Assembly (NCBI GenBank): GCA_963713865.1
Contig: OY970208.1
Span: forward strand, 1,440,001-1,504,000
Direction: 5' to 3'
Length of the DNA stretch: 64,000 nucleotides
DNA from: an uncultured candidate division Zixibacteria bacterium
Lineage (GTDB): Bacteria; Zixibacteria; MSB-5A5; RBG-16-43-9
In this document: positions 1-9,547 of the stretch, one piece after another
Layout: each line of letters starts with the position of its first letter
Position numbering within the stretch: the first letter of the stretch is position 1
Program-made: the position numbers and the translations under genes
The notes under the pieces: model-generated
Told to the model about the DNA's origin: nothing
The model's database searches: none
The model's input: the letters and a program-made list of their open reading frames with translations, nothing else

Positions 1-303
1 ATAGGGATAAGTGTGGGTAGAATCTGCAGAATAAATAGAAACGTTTATGGTTCTGCTTACCCGGTTTATCTTCCTCCACCAGAATTTAACTGAGTCCGCA
101 CCTACAATCTTTGGTGTTCCCATACTGTCCAGATCAGTTATTTCTGAAGTAAATGAGGTTGAGTCTTCAGCTACTGCTTTCAGTATCGCATCCTTATCTA
201 AATTTGTAGTTGGGCTGGTTGATTTCTTGCAAGCGGAGAAGGACAAAATCATAAAAACTAAAACCACCCCTCCAATTATCCATTTCACTTTACTTCCTTT
301 CAT
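1..303 (-). CDS. Putative lipoprotein, 5' part (runs off window start)
   Basis: Not in ORF track. Read manually: AGGAGG RBS, ATG at 303, MKGSKVKWIIGGVVLVFMILSFSAC-KKST (signal peptide with lipobox FSAC), frame open to base 1. Confidence 0.8.
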   Translation of the reverse strand, partial: MKGSKVKWIIGGVVLVFMILSFSACKKSTSPTTNLDKDAILKAVAEDSTSFTSEITDLDSMGTPKIVGADSVKFWWRKINRVSRTINVSIYSADSTHTYPY

Positions 304-690
304 TTATGACCTCCTTTAGGTTAATATTCTATGGTCTAAAAAATCTTTTTTTGATATCACCTCCCTTTAAGTTGTTTTTATATGTTGTTATACCTGGAAA
401 GGTATTAAAAGGTTTAATTTTTTCTTATTATTAAAATTGGTTTTAGATAAATGAAAATTTATAACAATTATGAAATTATTCTAAATTGAGTGCAGTTATG
501 TAAAGTTAAGCTTGATATATGATGGTAATGTTTGAATCTGTGCTTAGATTTTTAGACCCCCAATTTTTTCATAAAAAAATAGTTGGCTAAAGTTTATTTT
601 TAAGTTATATTTAAATTTAAGAGACTATTTCTAATTTACCGGTCTATAATTCGCCACAGGCGGATACGACCTGCAGGGAAGGAGAAAAGC

Positions 691-1155
691 ATGAACAATA
701 TCAAGATCATAGCAAATCCGGATGTAGCTAAGGTGACTTTTCATGCTGTGCCGGATAAGCCTGGGATAGCAGCTGAGATCTTCGGATTTTTGGGTGAATT
801 AGGTTTTAATGTTGAGCTGGTGGTTTCCACCCCAACTGAAAAGGGAAAAAGTGACATCTCTTTTGTAATTGCCCGAAAAGAAATTTTATCCCTTTTAGGA
901 GTGTTAAGCAATCTAAAGAACAAGGTTCGTACAGAGGAGATTACCCATGATGACAAGATCGCCTTAATCTCGATTACCGGACACGGTTTTTCAGCCCAGC
1001 CAGGGATTGCCGGCAGGGTTTTCAAATCTCTGTCAAAAGCCGGGATAAATTTAGAGACGGTCTCTACCTCCTTACATGCTATTACCTGCGTGGTAAGAGA
1101 AGAGGTTTTGCCTGAAGCTCAAAGAGCTTTAGATGAAGAGTTTAAAGCGGAATAA
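691..1155 (+). CDS. Stand-alone tandem ACT domain protein (aspartate kinase beta-subunit-like)
   Basis: Two ACT repeats (VPDKPGIAAEIF..., GFSAQPGIAGRVFKSLSKAGINL...STS); AGGAG RBS. Confidence 0.8.
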   Translation: MNNIKIIANPDVAKVTFHAVPDKPGIAAEIFGFLGELGFNVELVVSTPTEKGKSDISFVIARKEILSLLGVLSNLKNKVRTEEITHDDKIALISITGHGFSAQPGIAGRVFKSLSKAGINLETVSTSLHAITCVVREEVLPEAQRALDEEFKAE

Positions 1156-1279
1156 AAATAATTCAAGGGCTACAGGGTTTAAGGGTTCCAGGGAAAAGAA
1201 GAATATAAAGTCGCGTAGAGGTGGAGCTTATTTCCACCCCTAAATAATTGAGAAATAAGTTTAGGAAAACAGTATAAGT

Positions 1280-1810
1280 ATGAAGATTGAGAAAGATTTT
1301 AAAAATAAAAAAATACTTCTACTTCAAGCTGATATTACAGATTTAGAAACAGATGCCATTGTGAATGCAGCAAACGATCTTTTATGGATGGGTTCGGGTG
1401 TGGCTGGAGCGATAAGAACAAAAGGAGGGGATGACATTGAGAAAGAAGCAATGTCAAAAGGACCAGCTAAAATTGGTGAGGCAATTGTAACTACTGCTGG
1501 AAAGTTAAAAGCTAAATATGTAATACACGCTGTTTTGATGGGCCAGGATTTACTGACGAGCGAGAATTATATTAGAGATGCGACTTTAAACAGCTTGAAA
1601 AGAGCAGAGGAACTGAAGTTAAATTCAATTGCCTTTCCGGCTCTTGGAACTGGCGTAGGAGGATTTCCTGTGAACAGATGCGCGGAGGTGATAATAAATA
1701 CTACAGCAGGATTTTTAAGGAATAACCAATTTGTAAAAGAAGTGTATTTTGCATTATTCCATAAAAGTGATTTAGATGTTTTTAGTTTAGTATTAGAGAA
1801 AAAAACGTAA
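1280..1810 (+). CDS. Macro domain protein (O-acetyl-ADP-ribose deacetylase-like)
   Basis: ADIT..TDAIVNAAN...GSGVAGAI, VIHAV and SIAFPALGTGVGG motifs. Confidence 0.93.
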   Translation: MKIEKDFKNKKILLLQADITDLETDAIVNAANDLLWMGSGVAGAIRTKGGDDIEKEAMSKGPAKIGEAIVTTAGKLKAKYVIHAVLMGQDLLTSENYIRDATLNSLKRAEELKLNSIAFPALGTGVGGFPVNRCAEVIINTTAGFLRNNQFVKEVYFALFHKSDLDVFSLVLEKKT

Positions 1811-1868
1811 CGCCCGACACGATGGTCAAGCGTTATGAATTGAAGTGTAACAACGTGTAGGTTTGCCC

Positions 1869-2969
1869 CTATAGTTTCTGAGGCAAAGATACGTTCCGAG
1901 ACAGGTGCGAAAAGATGCGGACTAAGGTTAGCACATCCTGACGGTTATGCTCTACTATCGGTTTTAGAAGACCGTAGTTTTTAGTCTTGAGATAATCCGA
2001 ATAAAATTCTGGCACCAAGGAGCTGGGCAGGTCAGTTTCCCTTTTGTTTTTTAAAATATTTCTTTCAATGGTATCCAAACAAAAATCCGGCAGTTGGTTT
2101 TTCCAGGCTCTTCTGGAGAAGTGTAATAAATCGAAATGGTCCTTTTGTAAGTCAGGTCTTATCCCGTAATACCTCATCCTACCTTCTAAAAAAGGAAGAT
2201 CAAAGGCTTTGCCATTAAAGCTGACTATAGATTTTGATTTTATAAGATATTCGGAAAAAGCTTTCAGAACTGCTATCTCCTCTTTAACCTCTAAAGCTAA
2301 GAATTGATGTAATCTGATCTTTTTGTCTTGCTCAATGGTTGCAATTCCGATTAAGATGACTAAATTACCGCTAAATAAGCCCAGGGTTTCTATATCTAAA
2401 AAGATAAAGTCTTTCCAGGGATAAAAAGAGGATAGGCTTAAGATCAAAGGATGAGATTTAGGCAAACGAGAGGATAATACCTGATGGAGTTTCGATCTAT
2501 CTTCTTCGGAGATAATTTGCAGGAGAAATTCTGCTTCCTTTCCCCAGTGAGGATGTGAGATTAAATCTTCAAGGGTCTGATAACCAGCTTTTCTGAGCTG
2601 ATCTTCTCTGAATTCCCTTATCCCGGGGAGAAGAGAAAAGAAGGAAAGTATAGATTTTTCCAGAGTTTCTCTCCCTGGCTTGAAGCATTCCTCTTCGAAT
2701 TCTTCGAAAAGATAAAAGAAGGTACCATACTCATTAGAAATTTTTTCTCCTGGTATAACTTTATTCAGAGGGGAATTTCTGTATCTTTCTACTAATTCCC
2801 CTTTAAATTCTTGAGCCCGGGTATATTCATACTGGGTGAGTTTAGGAGCAAAACCTGTTTTATTTTGTCTTTCTATTTCAGTTCCAGATAGTTCTTTCTC
2901 TTTAACCACCGTCTCTAACTTGCCTAACTTCTGGCTTAATCTCTGGATAATTTTATCGTATTGGGACAT
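1869..2969 (-). CDS. YprB/MrfB-like RNase H-like (DEDD) exonuclease
   Basis: FLDIETLG, SFNGKAFDLPFL, HFDLLH and HNRQDV motifs of the YprB RNase_H_2 family. Confidence 0.85.
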   Translation of the reverse strand: MSQYDKIIQRLSQKLGKLETVVKEKELSGTEIERQNKTGFAPKLTQYEYTRAQEFKGELVERYRNSPLNKVIPGEKISNEYGTFFYLFEEFEEECFKPGRETLEKSILSFFSLLPGIREFREDQLRKAGYQTLEDLISHPHWGKEAEFLLQIISEEDRSKLHQVLSSRLPKSHPLILSLSSFYPWKDFIFLDIETLGLFSGNLVILIGIATIEQDKKIRLHQFLALEVKEEIAVLKAFSEYLIKSKSIVSFNGKAFDLPFLEGRMRYYGIRPDLQKDHFDLLHFSRRAWKNQLPDFCLDTIERNILKNKRETDLPSSLVPEFYSDYLKTKNYGLLKPIVEHNRQDVLTLVRIFSHLSRNVSLPQKL

Positions 2970-3178
2970 TTTTTTACTCTTGTGAACTTTTCACCAGGAA
3001 TAATAATATGAATTTACATAAAATACAATTGATATTTTGACTTGGCATTCGCAATTTGCTGTTCGCTATTAAATATAGGTTTTTTTATTTTTTATTTTCC
3101 ATCTTTCATCTTCCTTATCCCTTTTCTGAAGATTTCTTCATCGTCTCTACTCATTCATCAGTTTGCTTTAAAAAAGGC

Positions 3179-3207
3179 TTGACAAATAACGTTATAAGAT
3201 ATATTTA
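3179..3207 (+). promoter_or_regulatory. sigma70-type promoter of liv operon
   Basis: TTGACA at 3179-3184, TATATT/TATTTA at 3200-3207, AAGGAGG RBS before ATG 3245. Confidence 0.6.
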
Positions 3208-3244
3208 ACTTGAAAAATTATAGTTTCCATAAAGGAGGAAACGG

Positions 3245-4459
3245 ATGAAAAGAAGCTCGAAAGTTTTCCGGGGAGTAATTCTGGGATTAGCCAGTATACT
3301 TTTTTTCTCCTGTGCGAAAAAGGAGGATGTGGTGGTTTTAGGAGAATTTGGTTCCCTGACCGGGGTTACTGCTACCTTTGGTAAATCAACCCAAAAAGGG
3401 ATTCAGATGGCTATAGATGAATTAAATAAAGGGGGAGGAATAGAAGGGAAATTGATTAAAATCGTAGTCGAGGATGATCAATCCAAGCCAGAAGAAGCAG
3501 CAACGGTTGTCAAGAAGCTGGTTAATCAGGATAAAGTGCTTATAGTTTTAGGTGAGGTGGCTTCTTCCAGAAGCTTGGCTGGTGCTCCCATCTGTCAGGA
3601 GGGCAAAGTGCCGATGATCACTCCTTCCTCCACCAATCCCAAGGTAACCCAGGTGGGCGATTATATTTTCAGAGTTTGTTTTATAGATCCTTTTCAAGGT
3701 GAGGTGATGGCTAAGTTTGCCCGGAATACTCTCAAGGTTAGCAAAGCGGCAATATTAAAAGATATTAAAAATGATTACAGTGTTGGGCTGGCTCACTTTT
3801 TCACCGAGACCTTCAAGGCTTTGGGTGGAACAGTTATGGCGGAGGAATCTTATTCTGAAGGAGATATTGAGTTCAGGGCTCAATTGACTTCCCTCAAGGC
3901 TAAAAGTCCTGAGGTTATCTTCATCCCCGGTTATTACACTGAGGTGGGCTTGATTGCCCGCCAGGCAAGGGATTTAGGGATTAACGTTCCCCTGATCGGA
4001 GGGGATGGCTGGGATTCCCCACGCCTGATAGAAATAGGGGGAAAAGCCTTAGAGAATACTTTTTACAGTAACCATTACACTCCAGAGGATCCCAGACCAG
4101 AAATTCAGAATTTTATCTCAGAGTATAAAACAAAATATAATGAGATACCGGATGCAATGGCACCTTTAGGTTATGATGCGACCCGAATAGCCTTTGATGC
4201 TATAAAAAGATCAGGAATTTTGGAGGAGAAGAATATTAAAGAGTCTTATTCTGAGAATCCAAAAGCTAAATCTTTAATGGACGCAGTTAACACCGAGCGA
4301 AATCGGGAACGGATTAGAGATGCTATAGCCCGGACCAGGGATTTCCCGGGAGTAACGGGAGTTATCACCATCGACCAGAATCGTAATGCCAAGAAATCGG
4401 CAGTGGTCCTTAAATACGAAGATGGAAAATATAAATATGTGGAGACGATAAATCCGTAA
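3245..4459 (+). CDS. livJ: Branched-chain amino acid ABC transporter substrate-binding lipoprotein
   Basis: Lipobox FFSC; periplasmic binding protein type 1 motifs (GEVASS, TPSSTN, YIFRVCFID, GGDGW); heads the livHMGF cluster. Confidence 0.9.
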   Translation: MKRSSKVFRGVILGLASILFFSCAKKEDVVVLGEFGSLTGVTATFGKSTQKGIQMAIDELNKGGGIEGKLIKIVVEDDQSKPEEAATVVKKLVNQDKVLIVLGEVASSRSLAGAPICQEGKVPMITPSSTNPKVTQVGDYIFRVCFIDPFQGEVMAKFARNTLKVSKAAILKDIKNDYSVGLAHFFTETFKALGGTVMAEESYSEGDIEFRAQLTSLKAKSPEVIFIPGYYTEVGLIARQARDLGINVPLIGGDGWDSPRLIEIGGKALENTFYSNHYTPEDPRPEIQNFISEYKTKYNEIPDAMAPLGYDATRIAFDAIKRSGILEEKNIKESYSENPKAKSLMDAVNTERNRERIRDAIARTRDFPGVTGVITIDQNRNAKKSAVVLKYEDGKYKYVETINP

Positions 4460-4463
4460 AGAG

Positions 4464-4507
4464 AATGACGGATTCCGAATGACGAATGACTGATAACGGA
4501 TTTCGAA
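4464..4507 (+). repeat. 7-bp-period tandem array, left arm of four-helix-bundle cassette
   Basis: TGACGGA TTCCGAA TGACGAA TGACTGA TAACGGA TTTCGAA at 4466-4507. Confidence 0.85.
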
Positions 4508-4535
4508 TAAAAGAATAATAACCATTGTTAAAAAA

Positions 4536-4907
4536 ATGGCTGTTTATAGAAATTTTGAGGACTTACCAATCAGGAAAGAAGCGAAAGATTTAGCAGTACG
4601 AATATATAAAATAACCAAAGACGATAAACTTAAAAGAGATTTTGGTTTGTCTGAACAGATAAGGAGAACAGCTCTTTCTAAATCAGGCAATATTGCTGAA
4701 GGATTTGATCGAAGTTCGAGGAAAGAATTTATAAAGTATTTATATATAGCCAAAGGCTCTGTCTCAGAGGTGAGAAGCCAACTATTCATCTGTAAAGAAT
4801 TGGGTTATTTAGATAATGGTATCTCAGAAGAACTCTTAGGAAGGACAACATCCCTGACCAGGCAGATTAGCGCTCTCATATCTTTTTTAAAGAAAAGAAA
4901 CCTTTAG
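4536..4907 (+). CDS. Four helix bundle protein (23S rRNA IVP / Avd-like family)
   Basis: FEDL...L.EQIRR.A.S...NIAEGF.R.S.KEF..YL.IAKGS..E..SQL pattern; 123 aa; sits between livJ and livH. Confidence 0.9.
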   Translation: MAVYRNFEDLPIRKEAKDLAVRIYKITKDDKLKRDFGLSEQIRRTALSKSGNIAEGFDRSSRKEFIKYLYIAKGSVSEVRSQLFICKELGYLDNGISEELLGRTTSLTRQISALISFLKKRNL

Positions 4908-4959
4908 AATGAACCAGTCGTTCTCTATATTATTTATCTTGTCAAATCTTCTATTTTTA

Positions 4960-4989
4960 TTAATCATCCGTTATCCGATATCCGTCATT
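4960..4989 (-). repeat. 7-bp-period tandem array, right arm (inverted relative to 4464-4507)
   Basis: TCCGTTA TCCGATA TCCGTCA at 4967-4987; ATCCGTCATT (4980-4989) is the exact reverse complement of AATGACGGAT (4464-4473). Confidence 0.85.
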
Positions 4990-5002
4990 TTAGTTTATAA
5001 TT

Positions 5003-5905
5003 ATGTCTGAATTTCTACAACAGTTGATTAACGGGGTTGCCTGGGGCTCAATTTATGCTTTAATAGCTCTGGGTTATACTATGGTCTACGGGGTCTTAAG
5101 GCTGATAAATTTTGCGCACGGGGATATTTATATGGTGGGGGCTTTTGCTGGATATTATGTGGTTAGGTGGCTAAAGGTATCTGAAGGGCTTACCCTTACA
5201 GGTGTGGTGGGGGTGTTTTTGTTCTCTATGTTAGCCTGTTCTCTTTTAGGATTTGTGATCGAAAGATGTGCCTATAAACCTTTGAGAAAGGCTCCCCGTT
5301 TAACTGCTCTGATCACCGCTATCGGTGTATCTTTGTTTTTAGAGAATGCCGGCCAGCTTATCTTTGGCGCTGACCCGAAGTTCTTTCCACAAATTATAGT
5401 TAAAAAAGACCTTATCTCCAGCGGGGGAGTAATCTTAACTAATCAACAGGTGATCGTCCTGGGAGTATCTTTATTTTTAATGGCATCGCTCCAGCTTTTT
5501 ATTCAGAAGACAAAAACCGGCAAGGCTATGCGAGCGGTCTCTTTTAACCGGGAAGCAGCCTCTTTAATGGGGATCTCCATTGACAGAATTATCTCGATAA
5601 CTTTTGTGGTTGGCTCGGCTTTAGCTGCAGCCGCTGGAATACTGGTAGCCTTGACCAATCCAAAGATAGAGCCATTGATGGGGATAATGCCAGGGATAAA
5701 GGCTTTCGTTGCCGCAGTTTTAGGTGGCATAGGTAATATCCCTGGGGCAATGTTAGGCGGGATGATAATGGGCATCGCTGAGGTAATGGTGGTTGGTTAT
5801 TTATCTTCTACTTACAGAGATGCTATCGCCTTCGCTATTCTCATCTTGATATTATTGTTCAAGCCCTCTGGCTTGATGGGTGGATTTAGGGGGGAGAAAG
5901 TATAG
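5003..5905 (+). CDS. livH: Branched-chain amino acid ABC transporter permease
   Basis: QQLINGVAWGSIYALIALGYTMVYG..INFAHG; KAFVAAVLGGIG. Confidence 0.95.
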   Translation: MSEFLQQLINGVAWGSIYALIALGYTMVYGVLRLINFAHGDIYMVGAFAGYYVVRWLKVSEGLTLTGVVGVFLFSMLACSLLGFVIERCAYKPLRKAPRLTALITAIGVSLFLENAGQLIFGADPKFFPQIIVKKDLISSGGVILTNQQVIVLGVSLFLMASLQLFIQKTKTGKAMRAVSFNREAASLMGISIDRIISITFVVGSALAAAAGILVALTNPKIEPLMGIMPGIKAFVAAVLGGIGNIPGAMLGGMIMGIAEVMVVGYLSSTYRDAIAFAILILILLFKPSGLMGGFRGEKV

Positions 5906-5991
5906 ACCGCCAAAATGAAAAAAGGAAAATGAAAGAAGGAAGATGGGAAAAGAAAAATAGAAAAAGAAATGACGAATATCGAATATAATAT

Positions 5992-6100
5992 GTAGGGGCG
6001 GGGTTACCCCGCCCCAATCCACCAGATGCAGAGGGCGAGGAGACCTCGCCTCTACAGAAATACTGTCATTGCGGGTCCCCGTAGGGGGCGAAGCAATTCC
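5992..6100. repeat. GTAG REP pair plus half of a GTCATTGCG...CGAAGCAAT palindromic element
   Basis: GTAGGGGCGGGGTTACCCCGCCCC (5992-6015) and inverted AGGGCGAGGAGACCTCGCCTCTAC (6032-6055); TGTCATTGCG...CGAAGCAAT follows. Confidence 0.8.
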
Positions 6101-6113
6101 ACTAATAATGAAA

Positions 6114-6177
6114 TGACGAATGAAAGATATCAAATAGCCAATAGCGAAGAACGAACAGTGAATAGCTAAAAAGCGAA
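6114..6177 (+). repeat. Orphan 7-bp-period array (about 9 units)
   Basis: TGACGAA TGAAAGA TATCAAA TAGCCAA TAGCGAA GAACGAA CAGTGAA TAGCTAA AAGCGAA. Confidence 0.75.
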
Positions 6178-6180
6178 CTT

Positions 6181-7179
6181 ATGCAACCTAAAAAAATCAT
6201 CTTCATAATTCTGGTGTTGGGGCTTCTCCTTCTGGTGAATTATTATCTCCCCTCACGAATGAATCCTTATCTTTTTCAGATATTGATCCTCATAGGTATA
6301 AATATCATGCTGGCGGTAAGCCTGAATTTGATAAATGGTTTTACCGGACAATTCTCCATCGGACATGCTGGTTTTATGGCTATTGGTGGATATACTTCAG
6401 CTTTTCTGACCTACTATTTTGGAGCAAATTTGATCCAGAGTTTAAGCTCAATTCTTTTTTTCCCCTGGCTGGCAAAATCGATAATCTTTGTTTTCGCCTT
6501 AATCGCAGGAGGACTTTTGGCCGCCCTGGCAGGTTTGGTTGTAGGGATTCCTTCATTAAGATTAAAAGGAGATTATTTAGCTATAGCTACCTTAGGTTTT
6601 GGGGAGATCATCCGGGTTTTAATCCTGAATATAGATGCAGTTGGTGGTGCCAGAGGGTTTGCGGATATTCCGGGGTACACAAATCTTTTCTGGGTTTTAT
6701 TTTTTATGCTTCTTACTATCATAGTAGTTAGAAATCTGGTCTTTTCCACTCATGGACGGGCATTCCTTTCAGTTAGAGAAGATGAAGTGGCAGCTGAGGC
6801 TATGGGGATTAATACTACTTATTATAAAATATATGCTTTTATAATCGGTGCGTTTTTTGCCGGGATTGCTGGCGGTCTTTTCGGGCATTATCTGATGTAT
6901 CTGCATACTAACAGCTTCACCTTTATGAAATCGATAGAGGTGATTATAATGGTGGTTTTAGGCGGGATGGGCAGTATTACCGGCTCAATACTGGCAGCAA
7001 TTATTATGACCATACTACCTGAATTCTTAAGAATCGTCAAAGACTATCGGATGGTGATTTATTCCCTTACATTAATAATTCTAATGTTGACGCGACCACA
7101 GGGTATATTTGGAGTGGAAGAGTTCAGCCTAAAAATGTTGAGAAATGTGTTTGTTAGAAAAGGACAGGTGGTAAAATAA
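6181..7179 (+). CDS. livM: Branched-chain amino acid ABC transporter permease
   Basis: LNLINGFTGQFSIGHAGF, LRLKGDYLAIATLGFGEI and VREDEVAAEAMG motifs. Confidence 0.95.
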   Translation: MQPKKIIFIILVLGLLLLVNYYLPSRMNPYLFQILILIGINIMLAVSLNLINGFTGQFSIGHAGFMAIGGYTSAFLTYYFGANLIQSLSSILFFPWLAKSIIFVFALIAGGLLAALAGLVVGIPSLRLKGDYLAIATLGFGEIIRVLILNIDAVGGARGFADIPGYTNLFWVLFFMLLTIIVVRNLVFSTHGRAFLSVREDEVAAEAMGINTTYYKIYAFIIGAFFAGIAGGLFGHYLMYLHTNSFTFMKSIEVIIMVVLGGMGSITGSILAAIIMTILPEFLRIVKDYRMVIYSLTLIILMLTRPQGIFGVEEFSLKMLRNVFVRKGQVVK

Positions 7180-7180
7180 A

Positions 7181-7470
7181 GTAAGACGTTAGACGTAAGA
7201 TGTGAGAAGATTATTATAACATCCCGCTTCTGGCGGGACGAAAGAAAGTCTTCGCGGGTAAGGACACCAACGAAGAGCAAAGATTATTTTTTCGTAGTGC
7301 GACCCTTTTCCTAATTACGGATCCGTAGGACAGGGTCGCCAGGAGGAAGATAGAATGTAGGGCAAGGCTTTAGCCTTGCTAAAATAACTTTTGTGAGGAT
7401 ACCAGTGAAGAGCTGAAAAACAATATAAGCAAACCTGAAGGTCCAGAATGGATCTTGAAATTTGTCCTAC
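7181..7470. repeat. Mosaic spacer: heptamer array, TCC/GGA mini-palindromes and GTAG REPs
   Basis: GTAAGAC-type array 7181-7208; TCCCGCTTCTGGCGGGA 7222-7238; GTAGTGCGACCCT...AGGGTCGC 7294-7339; GTAGGGCAAGGCTTTAGCCTTGC from about 7357 with inverted partner ending CCTAC at 7470. Confidence 0.75.
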
Positions 7471-7515
7471 GAAAAATAAAAAACTGAACGATAAACGAAC
7501 AATGTTCACGTTATT

Positions 7516-8283
7516 ATGCCTTTACTTGAGATAAAAAACTGCTCGATGCATTTCGGGGGATTAAAAGCGGTTGACAAATTAGACCTCTTCCTGGAAAAAG
7601 GAGAGCTGGTGGGATTGATCGGACCCAATGGTGCGGGTAAAACAACGTTGTTTAATCTGATTACCGGAGTGTATAATCCCACTTTTGGGGATATAATTTT
7701 CCAGGATAAGAGACTAAATGGTAAAAAGCCCTATCAGATAACCTCCTATGGAGTGGGAAGAACTTTTCAGAATATAAGACTATTCAGTAATCTTACTGTT
7801 TTGGATAATGTCAAAACTGCCTGCCATCTGCATTCCAGAGAGGGGATGTGGAGCTCGGTTACCCGAAGTAAAAGATTTTTTGAGGAAGAAGAGGGACTGA
7901 CCAAAAGGTCTTTGGATCTTTTGAAGACTTTCGGATTAGATTTTCTCAAGGATGAAAAGGCGATTAATCTGCCCTACGGTCAACAAAGAAGATTGGAAAT
8001 TGCACGAGCTCTGGCAACTGAGCCCAAGCTTTTGCTTTTAGATGAGCCAACCGCCGGGATGAACCCTCAAGAGAGCCAAGTTTTGATGGAATTGATAAAA
8101 CAAATCAGAAAGGATTTCGATCTGACTATACTTCTGATCGAGCATGATATGAGGGTGGTGATGGGTTGCTGTGAGCGGATTGCAGTTTTAGATTACGGAG
8201 TCAAAATCGCTGAAGGTCCACCGGAGAAAATAAAAAAAGACCCGAAAGTGATTGAGGCGTATTTGGGAGAGGAGATGGTATAA
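7516..8283 (+). CDS. livG: Branched-chain amino acid ABC transporter ATP-binding protein
   Basis: Walker A GPNGAGKT, RTFQNIRLF, LPYGQQRRLEIARAL, LLLDEP, EHDM. Confidence 0.95.
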   Translation: MPLLEIKNCSMHFGGLKAVDKLDLFLEKGELVGLIGPNGAGKTTLFNLITGVYNPTFGDIIFQDKRLNGKKPYQITSYGVGRTFQNIRLFSNLTVLDNVKTACHLHSREGMWSSVTRSKRFFEEEEGLTKRSLDLLKTFGLDFLKDEKAINLPYGQQRRLEIARALATEPKLLLLDEPTAGMNPQESQVLMELIKQIRKDFDLTILLIEHDMRVVMGCCERIAVLDYGVKIAEGPPEKIKKDPKVIEAYLGEEMV

Positions 8284-8312
8284 AGGTTCAAGGGAGAGAA
8301 ACAAGGGAAAAG

Positions 8313-8452
8313 GTAAGACGTGAGACGTGAGATGTAAAACGAAAATAAAAAATCGTAAGGCTCCGACTTTGACGGAGCGAAAAAATGTAGCGTCGGGCTT
8401 TATACCCGACGAGAATTTATAGTCGTGTAGTGGTAGAGCTTATCTCCATCCT
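8313..8452. repeat. Mosaic spacer: heptamer array and REPs
   Basis: GTAAGAC GTGAGAC GTGAGAT GTAAAAC at 8313-8340; GTAGCGTCGGGCTTTATACCCGACG at 8387-8411; AGTCGTGTAGTGGTAGAGCTTATCTCCATCC resembles 1209-1239. Confidence 0.75.
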
Positions 8453-8471
8453 CGTTAACCAGTGGTGAACA

Positions 8472-9197
8472 ATGATCGAAGATTCAAAATTATTAGAAGT
8501 CGATTCGCTGAATGTATATTATGGGGCTATTCATGCTTTAAAAGGGATATCGTTTTATATTAAAAAAGGTGAGATCGTTACCCTGATTGGTGCAAATGGT
8601 GCCGGCAAATCGACCACCATTAATACTATCTCAGGTCTTCTGAAACCTAAAAAAGGCACGATTACTTTTGAAGGAAAAAGGCTGGATAGACTTTTACCAC
8701 ACAAGATCGTAGAGTCTGGCATTTCTCAAGCACCTGAAGGAAGAAAGATTTTCCCCAACCTTTCAACCCTGGAGAATTTGGATTTGGGAGCTTATTGCCG
8801 GAGAGATAAAGAAGGGATAAAAAAAGACCTGGGAATAGTATTTACTCTTTTCCCCAGGCTGAAAGAAAGGATAAAACAAAATGCTGGTACTTTGAGTGGT
8901 GGCGAACAGCAGATGCTCTCCATTGGTAGAGCCTTAATGTCCCATCCAAAACTTCTGCTTTTAGACGAGCCTTCCCTGGGTTTAGCCCCTATCCTCGTAA
9001 AATCGATCTTCAACACTATATTAGAGATCAATCAGCAGGGAACTACTATTCTTTTGGTTGAGCAAAATGCCCATATGGCTCTGCAAATTGCTCACCGCGG
9101 TTATGTCTTAGAAACCGGCAGGATAGTCTTAGAAGATACCGCTGTGAATCTTTTAAATAATCAGCAGGTGAAAGAAGCGTATCTGGGAGGAAAATAA
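8472..9197 (+). CDS. livF: Branched-chain amino acid ABC transporter ATP-binding protein
   Basis: GANGAGKST, PEGRKIF, LSGGEQQML, LDEPSLGLAP, VEQNA. Confidence 0.95.
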   Translation: MIEDSKLLEVDSLNVYYGAIHALKGISFYIKKGEIVTLIGANGAGKSTTINTISGLLKPKKGTITFEGKRLDRLLPHKIVESGISQAPEGRKIFPNLSTLENLDLGAYCRRDKEGIKKDLGIVFTLFPRLKERIKQNAGTLSGGEQQMLSIGRALMSHPKLLLLDEPSLGLAPILVKSIFNTILEINQQGTTILLVEQNAHMALQIAHRGYVLETGRIVLEDTAVNLLNNQQVKEAYLGGK

Positions 9198-9456
9198 AAA
9201 AAGGCTCAAAGGTTTAAAGGTTCAAAAGCTTAAGGGTAAAAAAAGAAAAGGTAAGACGTGAGACGTAAGAAGTGAGATGACTGTATCGTCCCGCCTTCGG
9301 TGAGACGAAGGAATGTTTCCGAGCTTGATGAATCGAATCCCCTACACAAGCAACCCTGAAAGGGTCGCACTACCTTTTTATTCAACATTCGACATCTGGG
9401 GGACGAGTATAAACGAGATCATCAAGCAGTTGAAAAAATAAAAGTGATATAGAAAC

Positions 9457-9514
9457 TGGAGTGCATCAGCTTGCTGATGCTTAAAAAGATACAAAGCAAA
9501 CTATTGCACTTCAG
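9457..9514. repeat. GGAG-type REP pair left of RAYT-1
   Basis: TGGAGTGCATCAGCTTGCTGATGCT (9457-9481; hairpin GCATCAGC-TT-GCTGATGC) and degenerate inverted copy at 9496-9514. Confidence 0.85.
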
Positions 9515-9547
9515 AAAGTAACAAATACTAACGAAGAATATCTAAAA

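Noticed and set aside
47-319. Plus-strand 90-aa ORF
   Set aside because: Shadow of the minus-strand lipoprotein gene, which has an RBS and a lipobox.
355-370. Strong AGGGAGGTGA SD-like motif on the minus strand upstream of the lipoprotein gene
   Set aside because: No properly spaced start codon follows; too little evidence for a leader peptide.
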